Of a stretch of DNA of 64,000 nt, positions 31,609 to 41,916 are shown in pieces (the stretch's first letter is position 1; every line of letters starts with the position of its first letter). The position numbers and the translations under genes are program-made. The DNA is from Candidatus Marinacidobacterales bacterium (GTDB lineage: Bacteria > Acidobacteriota > Vicinamibacteria > Marinacidobacterales > SMYC01), in contig CBDCYI010000005.1 in NCBI GenBank assembly GCA_965224085.1, positions 608,001 to 672,000 of the forward strand, given 5' to 3'. Under the pieces are notes generated by a model. It was not told where the DNA came from and did not search any database. It saw only the letters and a list, made by a program, of their open reading frames with translations.

Positions 31609-31756
31609 TCCCCTGGAACCAGAAAGAGCAGCGAGGTGACGACCACGACCGTGACACCCCCGGTTCAGCGAGGATCTTGAGGTCGGTCCGGCACGCCAAG
31701 TAGACGTGAATGCCCGCATGGTCAGCGGCGGCGTCTGATAGGAAGCCGCCTTCGAT

Positions 31757-33458
31757 TCACTCCAGCCTGGCGGGAGTGTACTCGAAAATACGCACCCAGC
31801 GGCGAAGACGGAACCGCTGTTCAAAGAGGGGGCTCTTCTCGAAAAACGTAAAGTCCAAGATGGGGCCTTTCTCGTCACGGGCGGGCTGGTCGAGCCTTCC
31901 CCAAGCCACATGGGTGAGGTTCCACGTGGCCGCCGCCGAGGCTATCGCTTCGGCATCTCTCGAGAAGGCGAATGCGCGCTGGGATTTCTCTCGCGTGACG
32001 AGACTCAACGGCTCCCCGCCGGCGAGGAGCACGCGCCGTCCGGCAATCGCCGGAATCCAGGGGGCGTAGCTCGCGCCCGCCACGAAGACGGCGTCGGGCT
32101 CGGTCTTCTCACGGATCGCGTCCGACATAGATAGAAGGTTCCCCGAGAGCGGCGCGACGCTTGCCACGTAAGTCGGATCCATGCGAACGGGCATCCACCA
32201 GTAGGGAAAACACCAGGGGAGGGAAAGAAGAAAGAAGGCCGATAGCCCGACCCGCGCCGCGGAGTGCCGGCGCAAGCTCCGAGGTACGAAGCCCCACTCT
32301 TCTGGAAGCTCCGGATAAAGCGAGCCCGCGTGCGCCAGCCCTCGATAGAGTCCATAGGCCGCCGTCACCGAGAGTAGCATACGCACCGACGCGCTGAGCG
32401 TGCGGAGACCTAGCGTTTGCGCCATGGCGGGAGAACAAGACGCGAGCGTCCATAGAGCGAGGACGACGAGAGTACACGTTCCGAGAAGAGTTTCTCGAGG
32501 CCGGCCGGAGCGCAACAAAAGCCCGACGCCGATGACGGCAAGCAGAAAAACGAGCCCTAGATCCACGGTGACCGATAAGATGCGGCTGACCGCGTCGTAC
32601 CAGCTTCCAAAAGTTACGGGCAAATCGATCCGGGGAGGCGCAGCGCGAAAAGGAAAGAAAAGGACAAGACCCGAGGCCAGTACGAGAACCTGGCGCCATC
32701 CTTTCGCCTATCAGCCAGGGCAAAGCACCGGCCGCGAGAAGCAGAGCGAGACGAGGATCCATCCATCCCACGAAAGCAAAGGAGACAACGGCCGCGATCG
32801 ACGCGGCAAGAGAGTTGTCGGCAAGCCATCGCAAAAACAGGCAGAGGGCGGCCAGAGCGATACCCAGTTGAGGCGTGCTCCAGAAGGACTCCGACCAGAA
32901 TGTCGACTCCGGTTCGTGGAAGCTCAGACGATGCGAGCTCAGAAACAGGACGAAAAAAGTGGCGAGGCCCGGCAGCGTGCCTCGTTGTAGCTGCTCGCGC
33001 TCGCCGAGAACGTCCGAGAAGAAGGCGACGGCGCACCCGAGACAAAGCAGAGAGAGCCAAGGCACGAAACGGTACAGCCTCCACAAACGCTCTCCATCGA
33101 ATCCAGACATGGCAGCCAGAATCAATCCCCACAACGGCTGGGGATTCGCCTCTCCCACCACACGCCCGTCGCCGGTGACACCACGCGTCGCCGTGACCAT
33201 GACGTGACCCAGGTCTTCGAGACCGCGTCCTTCTTCGATGACACCGTATGGCCGTCCGAGCGGCCGTTCAAAGCCCACGAAGGCGACGGACGCCAGGACG
33301 AGCGTACCCGGCAGAATCCAGGCCGGGCGCGGCCAACGGAAGGACCCCGCGGCAAAGACGATGAGCAGGAGGAAGAAGAGATACTTGAAGTAGACGAAGT
33401 AAGTACCGAGAGACGTCGATGGACCTCCCGGCCACAACTCGATGATCTCACCCAGCAC
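31757..33458 (-). pseudogene. Polytopic membrane protein (GT-C-like), frameshifted near 32630
   Basis: Two overlapping hydrophobic ORFs; PLGRPYG motif and C-terminal IREKTEPDAVFVA...GRRVL; paralogue at 58591-60007. Confidence 0.6.
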
Positions 33459-33698
33459 AGCTCAAGTAGATATCACATCAACCGCCACGTCCCGTGCTAT
33501 TTTCCGCTTACCGCGCAGAGAAGGAAAATCTGTGTTGGTGGTGAGAGCTCGGCTGAGGCAGTACACCCTCGAGCTTTTGGTGGCATCGAGCTCCGCAAGC
33601 AGGTGCGGGCGATGAAACACCCGCGCCAGTGATGAGTAACACGTTCACTGCATCAAGCCGGCCCGAGCCGGGGAGATTGTCTCGCACTTTGCCGTGGT

Positions 33699-34688
33699 TC
33701 ACTGTCGCGATGTCGTCCGCCGGCCGTCAGAAATATTGTTGCCAACGGAGCCGCGACTTTCGTACACCTCGTCGACGATGTACATAGGCCTCTGCTTTAT
33801 CTCGTTGAAAATTCGTCCTATGTACTCTCCCATGATCCCCAAGCAGATTAGTTGCACCCCTCCTAGAAACAGCACTCCCACCATGATGGTGGCCCAGCCT
33901 TGAACGGTATACCCCAAGATCTTTTGGACAAAAACACTGATTGCATAGAGGAAAGCTAGCAGGGACGCGAAGTATCCCAGCCACGTCGCGAACTGTAGCG
34001 GTATCGTAGAAAACGAAGTCACACCATCCATGGCGAAATTGATCATCTTCTGATATGGGTATTTCGTCTCCCCCGCGTAACGCTTATCCCGCGAATATCG
34101 AACACCAATTTGTTGGAAGCCGACCCAGCTAACCAGACCTCTCACGAACCGGCCCCGTTCCTTCATGTGATTCAGCTGCCGCACAACACGTTTGCTCATC
34201 AACCTGAAATCGCCAGCATCCAACGGGATATCGATCTGAGCTAGAGGTTTGAGGGCACGATAGAAAAGGTTGGCCGTCACAAGTTTCAACCAACCCTCTC
34301 CTTGCCTCTTTTCACGAACACCGTAGACCACATCATAGCCGCTTCTCCATTTTTCGACGAATGTCCTGATAACCTCGGGAGGGTCCTGAAGGTCCGCGTC
34401 GATCACAACGACCGCGTCACCTCGCGCTTCGTCGATCCCGGCAGTGATGGCTATCTGATGTCCAAAGTTTCTGGAGAGCTTAATGATCCGGACGCGTGAA
34501 TCCGAATCCGTGATCGCCTTCAATTGTTGACACGAGTCGTCGCTACTCCCATCGTCTACGCAAATCACTTCGTACGACATAGATTCCAGCGAATCGACGA
34601 CCTTTTTCAATCGCTCGAAGAAGGCGGGAAGCACTTCCGCTTCGTTGAATACTGGCACGACAACGGATAACAACTGATTCTCGGACAT
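33699..34688 (-). CDS. GT2 polyprenol-phosphate glycosyltransferase (GtrB/YkoT-like)
   Basis: SVVVPVFNE, VDDGSSD, SRNFGHQ.A, DADLQDPPE, GDFRLM, two C-terminal TM helices, GEYIGRIF.E.K.RP.Y. Confidence 0.92.
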   Translation of the reverse strand: MSENQLLSVVVPVFNEAEVLPAFFERLKKVVDSLESMSYEVICVDDGSSDDSCQQLKAITDSDSRVRIIKLSRNFGHQIAITAGIDEARGDAVVVIDADLQDPPEVIRTFVEKWRSGYDVVYGVREKRQGEGWLKLVTANLFYRALKPLAQIDIPLDAGDFRLMSKRVVRQLNHMKERGRFVRGLVSWVGFQQIGVRYSRDKRYAGETKYPYQKMINFAMDGVTSFSTIPLQFATWLGYFASLLAFLYAISVFVQKILGYTVQGWATIMVGVLFLGGVQLICLGIMGEYIGRIFNEIKQRPMYIVDEVYESRGSVGNNISDGRRTTSRQ

Positions 34689-34719
34689 GGCTATCACCCC
34701 GCGCTGAGCCAAACAGGAG

Positions 34720-34947
34720 CTACGACTCCGGGCTCAGCGTCAATGAGCGGACCGCAGTGACCAGAAGGCGTGGCGGGACGGAGAAGGCGGCGTCGCTCCA
34801 ACCCGACACGAGCTCGCACCCGCCCACGTCGGTTCCGTTGTCGGCCAGATCCATCGCGGCCGGTCGGTTCTCGAGCTCGGACCGAGCGTGGAAAAGCGCC
34901 TTCGAGTCGTCCGGTCGCACCACCGGAACGCGTAGGGCTGGGTTCAT
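34720..34947 (-). pseudogene. Remnant C-terminal domain paralogous to the end of the 46366 gene
   Basis: FHARSELENRP..MDLADNGT.VG..ELVSGW...FSVP...AVRSLTLSPES* versus FHARLELEDRP..MELAVNGT.VG..ELLSGW...AVQSLTLIPES*. Confidence 0.7.
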
Positions 34948-34949
34948 CG

Positions 34950-37082
34950 CTAATCTTGCCGCTCCATCTTTAGATATTCCACAGCCATGACGGTATTCCT
35001 GCCTTGGTGCTGTGGATCGTCTTGCCACGGTACCCTGGAATACGTGAAAAGAAAACTGTTCACCCCGGATCTCAATGAGCGAGCGGGAACCCGGAAGTGG
35101 TAATCCCTGAAACCTTCGGCTAGGCGCGCTCTGCCGACCGGCGTCCCATTCACGCTGAGCTCGAACGTCACCGGCCTCGTGAACCACTCCAGTCTGGTGC
35201 GGACGATGGCGCGAAATTCCCCGGGCACGCGGATTGGCACTCGCAACCAGGACCGCCGACCGCGAGAGCGGCGAAAGCTCATTCCTCCTTCGGATTCCGG
35301 CTGAGACCACCCGGGCCCCACCAGATCGCTCCCTGGTGCTCTGCCCAAGTCGAGCCTTCCGAAAAGAGACGACGAACTGTCGTCGAGCCAGATATCCTTC
35401 CGCCGCCAGATGACATCGTGGTCGAAGGGCTCGTAGTTTTTCTCGACGAACTCGGCGACGTCCGAAGAGAACAGCCTCAAGTTTCGATCCAGGAAAACGA
35501 GTTTGGGCGTAGCTCTTCCCGATCTCAGATCGGCGAGAAGCCCGACCCGCTGTTGTCGGGTAACCACGGGGAACTCCTCCTGCAGAAGCCAGTAAAAATG
35601 GGCGTGGGGACGAAACACGCCCCACCCGGTGAAACCATCCATGACCGGATCGGTTGGTTTGGTGTTCTCCATGACAAAAGCGATCTGCTGGAGCGTCTCC
35701 TTGTATTTCGTGTTGAGGGGACTCAACGCTCTGAACATTCGATTCAACGGACCGACACTCAAAGCGGCCAGGCAAATCACGAGTACCCAGTCACGCTTTC
35801 GCGCCAGGAAGAAAGGAAGGCTGGCCACCACTGCGCTCACCCAAAGCCAGATATAGGAGGGCTCGATGAGGACGGGCGGTCCTACCCACCGTATCAAGAG
35901 CCATAGGCCAGCACCGGTCGAAAACGTCAGTGTTATTCCGAGCCGCGCCCAACCATGCCCCCGCTCCCCTCGTCCGAGAGCAGCCACGAAGAATTCCACA
36001 AGTTGGACGAGAGAGGTTGCGGCGAACAATGCGAGCAGGGGTAGGAACATCACGTAATATTGATGGTAGGGAAGTGGCGTCAAGAACAGTCCCACGAACA
36101 GGGACATCGCGGACAAAACCAGGACATAGTCCGCCCGTCGCAAGTTCACACTCCCGAACATCTCAAAGAAGCCTCGCGCGAACCCGATCAGTCCCAGGAC
36201 GACGATGAAGGGGCTCTCTCGCAGGAGGAATTTGAGCAGAGGCAGTGGTGACATGTCAGTCGTCGCGCCATAGGTCAGGTTCAGCAACAGATTGAACCAG
36301 ATGAACTCCCGTAAGGCACCACGAGAAGCGAAGTAGCCCATCGTCAGGGCGAGGGGCACGGCAAAACCTATCGATTGCCAGATGACATCTCTCAGCCTGT
36401 GTCCGAAATTTCTCTGTCCGCGGGGATCACAAACGTACCAGAGCATTGCCAATGCAAAGCCTGGCCCCATCAGCAATATCTTCGGATGGAACATGAGTGC
36501 CGCGCCAAGGAACGCTCCGGACAATGCAAACCGACTGCGTACACCAAGCCCGGATCCCTCGGAGCGAATCGCGCCGATAACAGTAATCAGGCATGCCAAG
36601 AAAAAGGGTAGTGCGGGAACGTCCGGCCGGATTTCGATGGTCTTGTCCAGGAATACCGTCGTAAGGCTGAGAAAAACCGTTCCCACCCAAGCGACCGGAG
36701 CATTTCTCCAGAGTATTCCGAGACGAAAGGTCAATACGAGGCTTATGCCCGCCGCAAGCCACATCAAGTACCTGGCGCCAAAGAAAAAGGAGAAGGCGTC
36801 CGAGATGTTGGTCTCGACGCTGAAGAAGGAGAAAAGAGGTGCGACGAGGAAATAAAACCATGGGGTATGGTTTTCGAAGAAGTCCCGGTATATCAACATG
36901 CCCTTTGACACAGACCAGGCGCAGTGCAAGTGCGACAGCTCGTCGGGATCGATTGGGGAGACGCGCAAGAGCGGCAGGCGCAGGCCGAAGAGAAATAATG
37001 TCATGGCGAGCGCCACGATCAACAACGGCAAGCCTGTTTCGACGCCAATCGAGTCCGCGAATCTCGGGAATCGCCTTTTCAT
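34950..37082 (-). CDS. ArnT/PMT-like GT-C glycosyltransferase with C-terminal beta domain (start uncertain)
   Basis: IDPDELSH, YRDFFENHTP, EIRPD, PYHQYY, about 13 TM segments, soluble C-terminal domain. Confidence 0.8.
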   Translation of the reverse strand: MKRRFPRFADSIGVETGLPLLIVALAMTLFLFGLRLPLLRVSPIDPDELSHLHCAWSVSKGMLIYRDFFENHTPWFYFLVAPLFSFFSVETNISDAFSFFFGARYLMWLAAGISLVLTFRLGILWRNAPVAWVGTVFLSLTTVFLDKTIEIRPDVPALPFFLACLITVIGAIRSEGSGLGVRSRFALSGAFLGAALMFHPKILLMGPGFALAMLWYVCDPRGQRNFGHRLRDVIWQSIGFAVPLALTMGYFASRGALREFIWFNLLLNLTYGATTDMSPLPLLKFLLRESPFIVVLGLIGFARGFFEMFGSVNLRRADYVLVLSAMSLFVGLFLTPLPYHQYYVMFLPLLALFAATSLVQLVEFFVAALGRGERGHGWARLGITLTFSTGAGLWLLIRWVGPPVLIEPSYIWLWVSAVVASLPFFLARKRDWVLVICLAALSVGPLNRMFRALSPLNTKYKETLQQIAFVMENTKPTDPVMDGFTGWGVFRPHAHFYWLLQEEFPVVTRQQRVGLLADLRSGRATPKLVFLDRNLRLFSSDVAEFVEKNYEPFDHDVIWRRKDIWLDDSSSSLFGRLDLGRAPGSDLVGPGWSQPESEGGMSFRRSRGRRSWLRVPIRVPGEFRAIVRTRLEWFTRPVTFELSVNGTPVGRARLAEGFRDYHFRVPARSLRSGVNSFLFTYSRVPWQDDPQHQGRNTVMAVEYLKMERQD

Positions 37083-37116
37083 GCTCTCAAGGACTGCTCC
37101 AGGTGCCAGGAGGGAT

Positions 37117-39906
37117 CTACCATGCGGGCGATACATGAAAGGCTTCGAAATTTACGACTAGGGAATAGATTGTTGCGCCGTTCCATATCAGGATGCCTGA
37201 AAACAAGATGCCGACGAGGCCGAGTCGACCCTTTCCCATCGTCGCCCACTGGACCGGGGCGAGATGCAAAGGAAGCATGAGAGGCATCAGGTGCTTGGTC
37301 ATTCTCCAGTCCACCATACTGAAGACGACGGCAGTCAGCGCCGACCATGCCAGCCAAAGGCCGAGCGATGACCGGGTCGTCTGTCGTTTGAGATCATCGC
37401 GAGTGCCCAGCATCAGAGCCAGAGCTCCCAAGGGCAGCAAAGCATACCCGGTGTGCCGCCAAAATTCGATCCATAGTTGTAGCGGGTTGGGGTACCCTTG
37501 GTATCCGAGAGGATTATGATGCGTGAGCCGGTCGGCCAGGTGGGTTCGCACGTGATCCACCCAGAACCCTTCGAAGTCTACGGCCAGGCCATACGCCCAG
37601 AACGCTGCGGAGCCAAAGGCGAAACCGAGGATCACCGGATGCAGTGGAATCCTCAAAAGATTCCTCCCGTTCCAGGGCTTCGGCATCCCCCAGAGCTCGA
37701 GCCATAGCTTGAGAAAGATGATGGAGATCGGTAGCAGGACCAATTTGTGATTGGCCAAGGCGGCCAAGAACGCCGTCAGGAAGCAAGTCGCGAACGAATA
37801 CGCATCGCGGCGGCTTGACCATCTCTCTATGGCCAACAAGATCAACAGCAGACAGAAGTTCGAGACCGCGAAGTATCCCCCGTAGCTCGACCGAACGAAG
37901 ACCTCGGGGCTCGTTGCGTAGGAAAGGCCGACAAGGATGGCAAACCATACCGGCGCGATCCTATGAACCCAAACCCCGAGGAGCGCCACCGTAAGTGCGG
38001 CCATGAAGACGTTTGGTGATCGCGTAGTGAGTCTGTGCGGACTGCTAGCGTAGTGCCCATAAATCATTCTCTGTTCGAGAGCTTCGACCGAGATGCGGCG
38101 GCTTCCGTTCTCGAACGGTGGGTCGACGACGTAGTTTGGACCCTCCACCCTGAGGATTCGGCGCTCGCTCGTTCTAGTAGGGTGGGTAAAGGGCTCACCC
38201 CTCGATGCCGCCAATGCCCGCTGCGAGGCGTCGTCGTAGTAGGCCAAGTGGTCGATCTGATTGAAGTAAAGGAATGTTCCGGCCACGTAATAGTGCAGTA
38301 GGAAGGGGTGGGCAAAGTAGTAGAACGTTCCGCGATCCGTCAGCAAGAGCGGTTCCAACCGCGTTAGCAGGCCGTAGCCCGTCCCCTGGACCTCCAGATC
38401 GTGATCCGATTGCGGAGGCACGACTCGGCTGGCGCCGAAGAAGTAGAGGAGGTAGGCGATCAGGAACAAAGTACCGCCAACCGTCCACCTACGCATGTCG
38501 AACGAGAGGGCCCAAGTGGTCGGTCTACCCGAATGCACGCACACGAAGAGGCCGATGTTGGTCACGATCCAAGTTGCATTCCAGGCTCTATCGCTGCTCA
38601 GCGGCCAGCCGGCGAGGTGGAAGAGGGTCACAACAGCGACGAAGATACCGAACGACAAGGCCACGGCCCACGCTAGCCCTAGTCCGGGTTTCCTGCGTCC
38701 GAAGATGGCGCCAGCGAAAGGTATGCCGGGGACGAGGAACAAGACGCCGTTGATCGCGAAGGAGCGCAGGAGTGGAAGCTCGACGAGCGCCCATTCTGGA
38801 TGGAACAGCACGAACGGCAGGTTGAGCATTGCCGCCGACAGAAAGGCCGCGGCGAACACCGAGATCCCGTTGCTTGTAGATTCATCGTCGGGGTATTTTT
38901 CCCAAAGCTTTGGCGAAGTCGGCGGCTGCTCTCTTGGCCCGTCGGGCGCGTGGCGGCGGCGGACAACCCAATATCCACGGGCCCTCGCGCCTACCAGAAC
39001 GAAGAGGGAGATCGTGCAGAGCCACGAGGCAATTCCCAAAAAGATGCGAAAAGCGCTGGTCGAGATTTTTGAGCGCCGGGCGTCGGCTGACAGAAGGCCG
39101 ACCTCATGACTGACGTAGTGATCGAGGGGGAGGAACTCCAAGAAACCGGGTCGATCCCACGCCACCGCCAGCGCGGCTGGTCCGGCTTCTTGCTCGTAGT
39201 AAAGCCTGAAGCGGTGGATTCCGGCCTCCAGAAAGACTTCGGCAGCCGCTGAGCCCGCCTCGTTCAGAACCCTCGCGCTGCCGATTCGGAGCGAACAACG
39301 GTCATTGCATTCGGTAGTGAAACGATGGGTCCCGGATTCCGGCACGATCAGGTAGCCAGAGAATTCCACTCCGACCATTCTTCTTCGTCCGGCGATCCGA
39401 TTTAACTGCTTGCGACTCTCGATTTGCATGGAATCGATCGAACCCGTCCGCTCTTGTGCGGATCCGGTTCGCGGGAGGTGGTAGACGGACACCGCCTTCG
39501 GGGGAGCTTCGCCCCCGTTTTTTTCGAGCCAAATGGACAGGGACCAGGCAAGCACGGTGAGAGCCAAGGTGACACCCAACAGCCGATTCGGGCGTAGCCG
39601 CAAAACAGAAGGGGGGTTGAGAAACAAGGCTATGGCACAGGGAAAAAGTAACCACCACAGGCTGATCTCGGGAACGAGCGCGCCGACTTGGATCTCTTGG
39701 CGGCCCAGAGCTCGAAGACCGGCTACCATCGTGACAAAGCAGAACAACAGAAAACTTGGAAAGATCCCTCCGATCCCCAGTAGCAGGTTCCTGCGCTCCA
39801 TTGGGTGATGTCTTGAGATTCCGTCGAAGAAGAATGGTGTATGGTTCCCCCGACTCAAAATCGTTCCGAAAAGGTCGGAAAAAGAGAACCTTACATCATG
39901 AGGCAA
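37117..39906 (-). CDS. Membrane protein with PA14 domain and GT-C-like region
   Basis: FSGYLIVPESGTHRF...ND...L.IG...LEAGIHRFRLYYEQ..G PA14 pattern followed by many TM helices. Confidence 0.7.
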   Translation of the reverse strand: MPHDVRFSFSDLFGTILSRGNHTPFFFDGISRHHPMERRNLLLGIGGIFPSFLLFCFVTMVAGLRALGRQEIQVGALVPEISLWWLLFPCAIALFLNPPSVLRLRPNRLLGVTLALTVLAWSLSIWLEKNGGEAPPKAVSVYHLPRTGSAQERTGSIDSMQIESRKQLNRIAGRRRMVGVEFSGYLIVPESGTHRFTTECNDRCSLRIGSARVLNEAGSAAAEVFLEAGIHRFRLYYEQEAGPAALAVAWDRPGFLEFLPLDHYVSHEVGLLSADARRSKISTSAFRIFLGIASWLCTISLFVLVGARARGYWVVRRRHAPDGPREQPPTSPKLWEKYPDDESTSNGISVFAAAFLSAAMLNLPFVLFHPEWALVELPLLRSFAINGVLFLVPGIPFAGAIFGRRKPGLGLAWAVALSFGIFVAVVTLFHLAGWPLSSDRAWNATWIVTNIGLFVCVHSGRPTTWALSFDMRRWTVGGTLFLIAYLLYFFGASRVVPPQSDHDLEVQGTGYGLLTRLEPLLLTDRGTFYYFAHPFLLHYYVAGTFLYFNQIDHLAYYDDASQRALAASRGEPFTHPTRTSERRILRVEGPNYVVDPPFENGSRRISVEALEQRMIYGHYASSPHRLTTRSPNVFMAALTVALLGVWVHRIAPVWFAILVGLSYATSPEVFVRSSYGGYFAVSNFCLLLILLAIERWSSRRDAYSFATCFLTAFLAALANHKLVLLPISIIFLKLWLELWGMPKPWNGRNLLRIPLHPVILGFAFGSAAFWAYGLAVDFEGFWVDHVRTHLADRLTHHNPLGYQGYPNPLQLWIEFWRHTGYALLPLGALALMLGTRDDLKRQTTRSSLGLWLAWSALTAVVFSMVDWRMTKHLMPLMLPLHLAPVQWATMGKGRLGLVGILFSGILIWNGATIYSLVVNFEAFHVSPAW

Positions 39907-40065
39907 GGTACTACCGAGTCAGCGATTACTCAAGCGGCCGTCTTGCGACGCTCTGAGCTCGGCCGCCCAGCGTGTCGACCGCTTCTACACCGCGGAGAGC
40001 ATCGTGACGCGCATCCCTGTTGGAGTACGCGGCGTTTGGCCCACAGCCTGTGTGAGTGAGAGGCG

Positions 40066-41916
40066 ATGAAAGTAAACAAAAAACGGTTGATGACACTTAG
40101 CTTCTTGCAAATTGCGATTTATTTTCTCCTGATCGAATCCATTTCTGTTCTTCGTTCTACATCTTTTGACTCTGTCGTCATCGACATTTCAGGCGATCTC
40201 TTTTCGAGAACTCTGAACATCCTGGCATTGATAATCGGCATTCCTATCATTTATTTTACGCCTGGCTTTCTCTGGATTACCAAGAAGAAGGACTGCACTC
40301 TGTGGGAGCTGACAATAAAATCTGCGCTTCTCTCCGTCGTTTTTTATACCGTAGCTTTCTCCATCCCGAAGCTCGTCTTTGCAATTGAGTTGTCCAGAAG
40401 TTGGATGCTATTGACGTGCTCGGGTATCACTGTAAGCTGGGCCATCCTGGACAAAAGACAATTCGAGATAAGTTTTTCAAGAGAAGAGATCCGCTCTGCA
40501 TTGATTGGGGGTCTCACGATCATCTTCTTGATTGTCATCTTCCACGGAAAGATCTTCCTCGAAAATTTTACCGGCGACGGGACGGAGGCCTTCGAATTTT
40601 CGCGAAGTCTCAAGACAAAAATACTTCCATACTGGGACCTCGAGAATGGCAGGTGGGGATTTTATCCCCGCTTCATGTTCTTTGCGTACCCTAACATCTT
40701 GTCTATTTTGCATCTCGGTGAAACAGAGGCATCGGTACGCTTGCCATTTTTCATATTTTTGTTTTGCATCCACCTTCTGATGGCAGCTCTCATACAACAC
40801 GAATCTGGTCGCTCAAAGGCCAGTGCCTCGGACAGCCTATTCGTCAGCGGGGCCATCCTGCTTTTTGCGATATTCAACATTTTCTATTCAACGTGGCACC
40901 CGTACTTTGCCGACATTGCAGAGCCAACCCATGTGGACACCATGGTCGTGTTGTACTTTCTGGCCGCTATTCTTTTCTTGTTGAACGAGCAACAAGAATG
41001 GTTGTTGCTTTGTTGTCTTTTTACTTGTCTATCGGTAGCCAATGGTGTCGCCGTGACTTTTTTATTGTTTTCGACGTTCTTCTTGCTGGGGAGAAACAGG
41101 AAACGAATCTTCTATTTCGGATTGAGCTTCACGGTGGTTTATCTCGCCTATCTGGGATTCGTAGCGATTTACGACGCATTGCATCCCTTGGGGTTCCAGC
41201 GGTGGTCGCTTCAAGGAATGCGGGAATATTTCTCGTGGGATGATTTACTTAGTCCGAACAGATATTTTCTTCATCTCAAGTATCTCTTGTTGATGACTGG
41301 CGTGATTCCGGTCTTCTTCTTTCCCTTCATGAGAAAGAGCGATGATCTCGCCATCAAGGTCTATCTTATTTCCGCCTTATATACTTCGGGGATATTCTTG
41401 TTCGATCGCTACAATCCTCATTATTTTACTAGCGTGGCACTGTTGTTTTTCATTCCCTTTTTGAGAACGGTCAATGGGATGGAGAGAAAGAACGCGCAGT
41501 ATGCAAAATTAAGCTACGCCGTCGTGGTCGGCATAATCCTATTGTCGATTTTTCCTTTTCGTTACACTTTGAACCAGACGGCACGCTATTTGGGAAGCCA
41601 AACCTGCATCGAAGCAACCGACTATCAGGCTCAGGTCGGATTGGCCGAAGTTGTCCATCGTGTGTTCCCATTCAGGAGATATGGGGTAGGGCACCACACG
41701 CTGGTTTACTATGCCGCAAACGGGCAGTGTCCGGGGGACGAGCACAACTACATCTTCACGACAAGAGACCCCTCGGAGGCATTCATCTCAATCGACGACA
41801 TTGATGTATTGATGCGGAAAGGGGTGCAAAAGCCAGACCCTCCTCGTAAGAAATATGAAGGCAATTACAGGTACTTACTAAGAGAGATATACCGCAGAAA
41901 TCGAAGAGATGACTAG
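40066..41916 (+). CDS. Polytopic membrane protein (GT-C-like), visibly lower GC
   Basis: 616-aa Phe/Leu-rich ORF; acidic first loop (GDGTEAFE); ASVRLP; AT-richer codons than neighbours. Confidence 0.6.
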   Translation: MKVNKKRLMTLSFLQIAIYFLLIESISVLRSTSFDSVVIDISGDLFSRTLNILALIIGIPIIYFTPGFLWITKKKDCTLWELTIKSALLSVVFYTVAFSIPKLVFAIELSRSWMLLTCSGITVSWAILDKRQFEISFSREEIRSALIGGLTIIFLIVIFHGKIFLENFTGDGTEAFEFSRSLKTKILPYWDLENGRWGFYPRFMFFAYPNILSILHLGETEASVRLPFFIFLFCIHLLMAALIQHESGRSKASASDSLFVSGAILLFAIFNIFYSTWHPYFADIAEPTHVDTMVVLYFLAAILFLLNEQQEWLLLCCLFTCLSVANGVAVTFLLFSTFFLLGRNRKRIFYFGLSFTVVYLAYLGFVAIYDALHPLGFQRWSLQGMREYFSWDDLLSPNRYFLHLKYLLLMTGVIPVFFFPFMRKSDDLAIKVYLISALYTSGIFLFDRYNPHYFTSVALLFFIPFLRTVNGMERKNAQYAKLSYAVVVGIILLSIFPFRYTLNQTARYLGSQTCIEATDYQAQVGLAEVVHRVFPFRRYGVGHHTLVYYAANGQCPGDEHNYIFTTRDPSEAFISIDDIDVLMRKGVQKPDPPRKKYEGNYRYLLREIYRRNRRDD

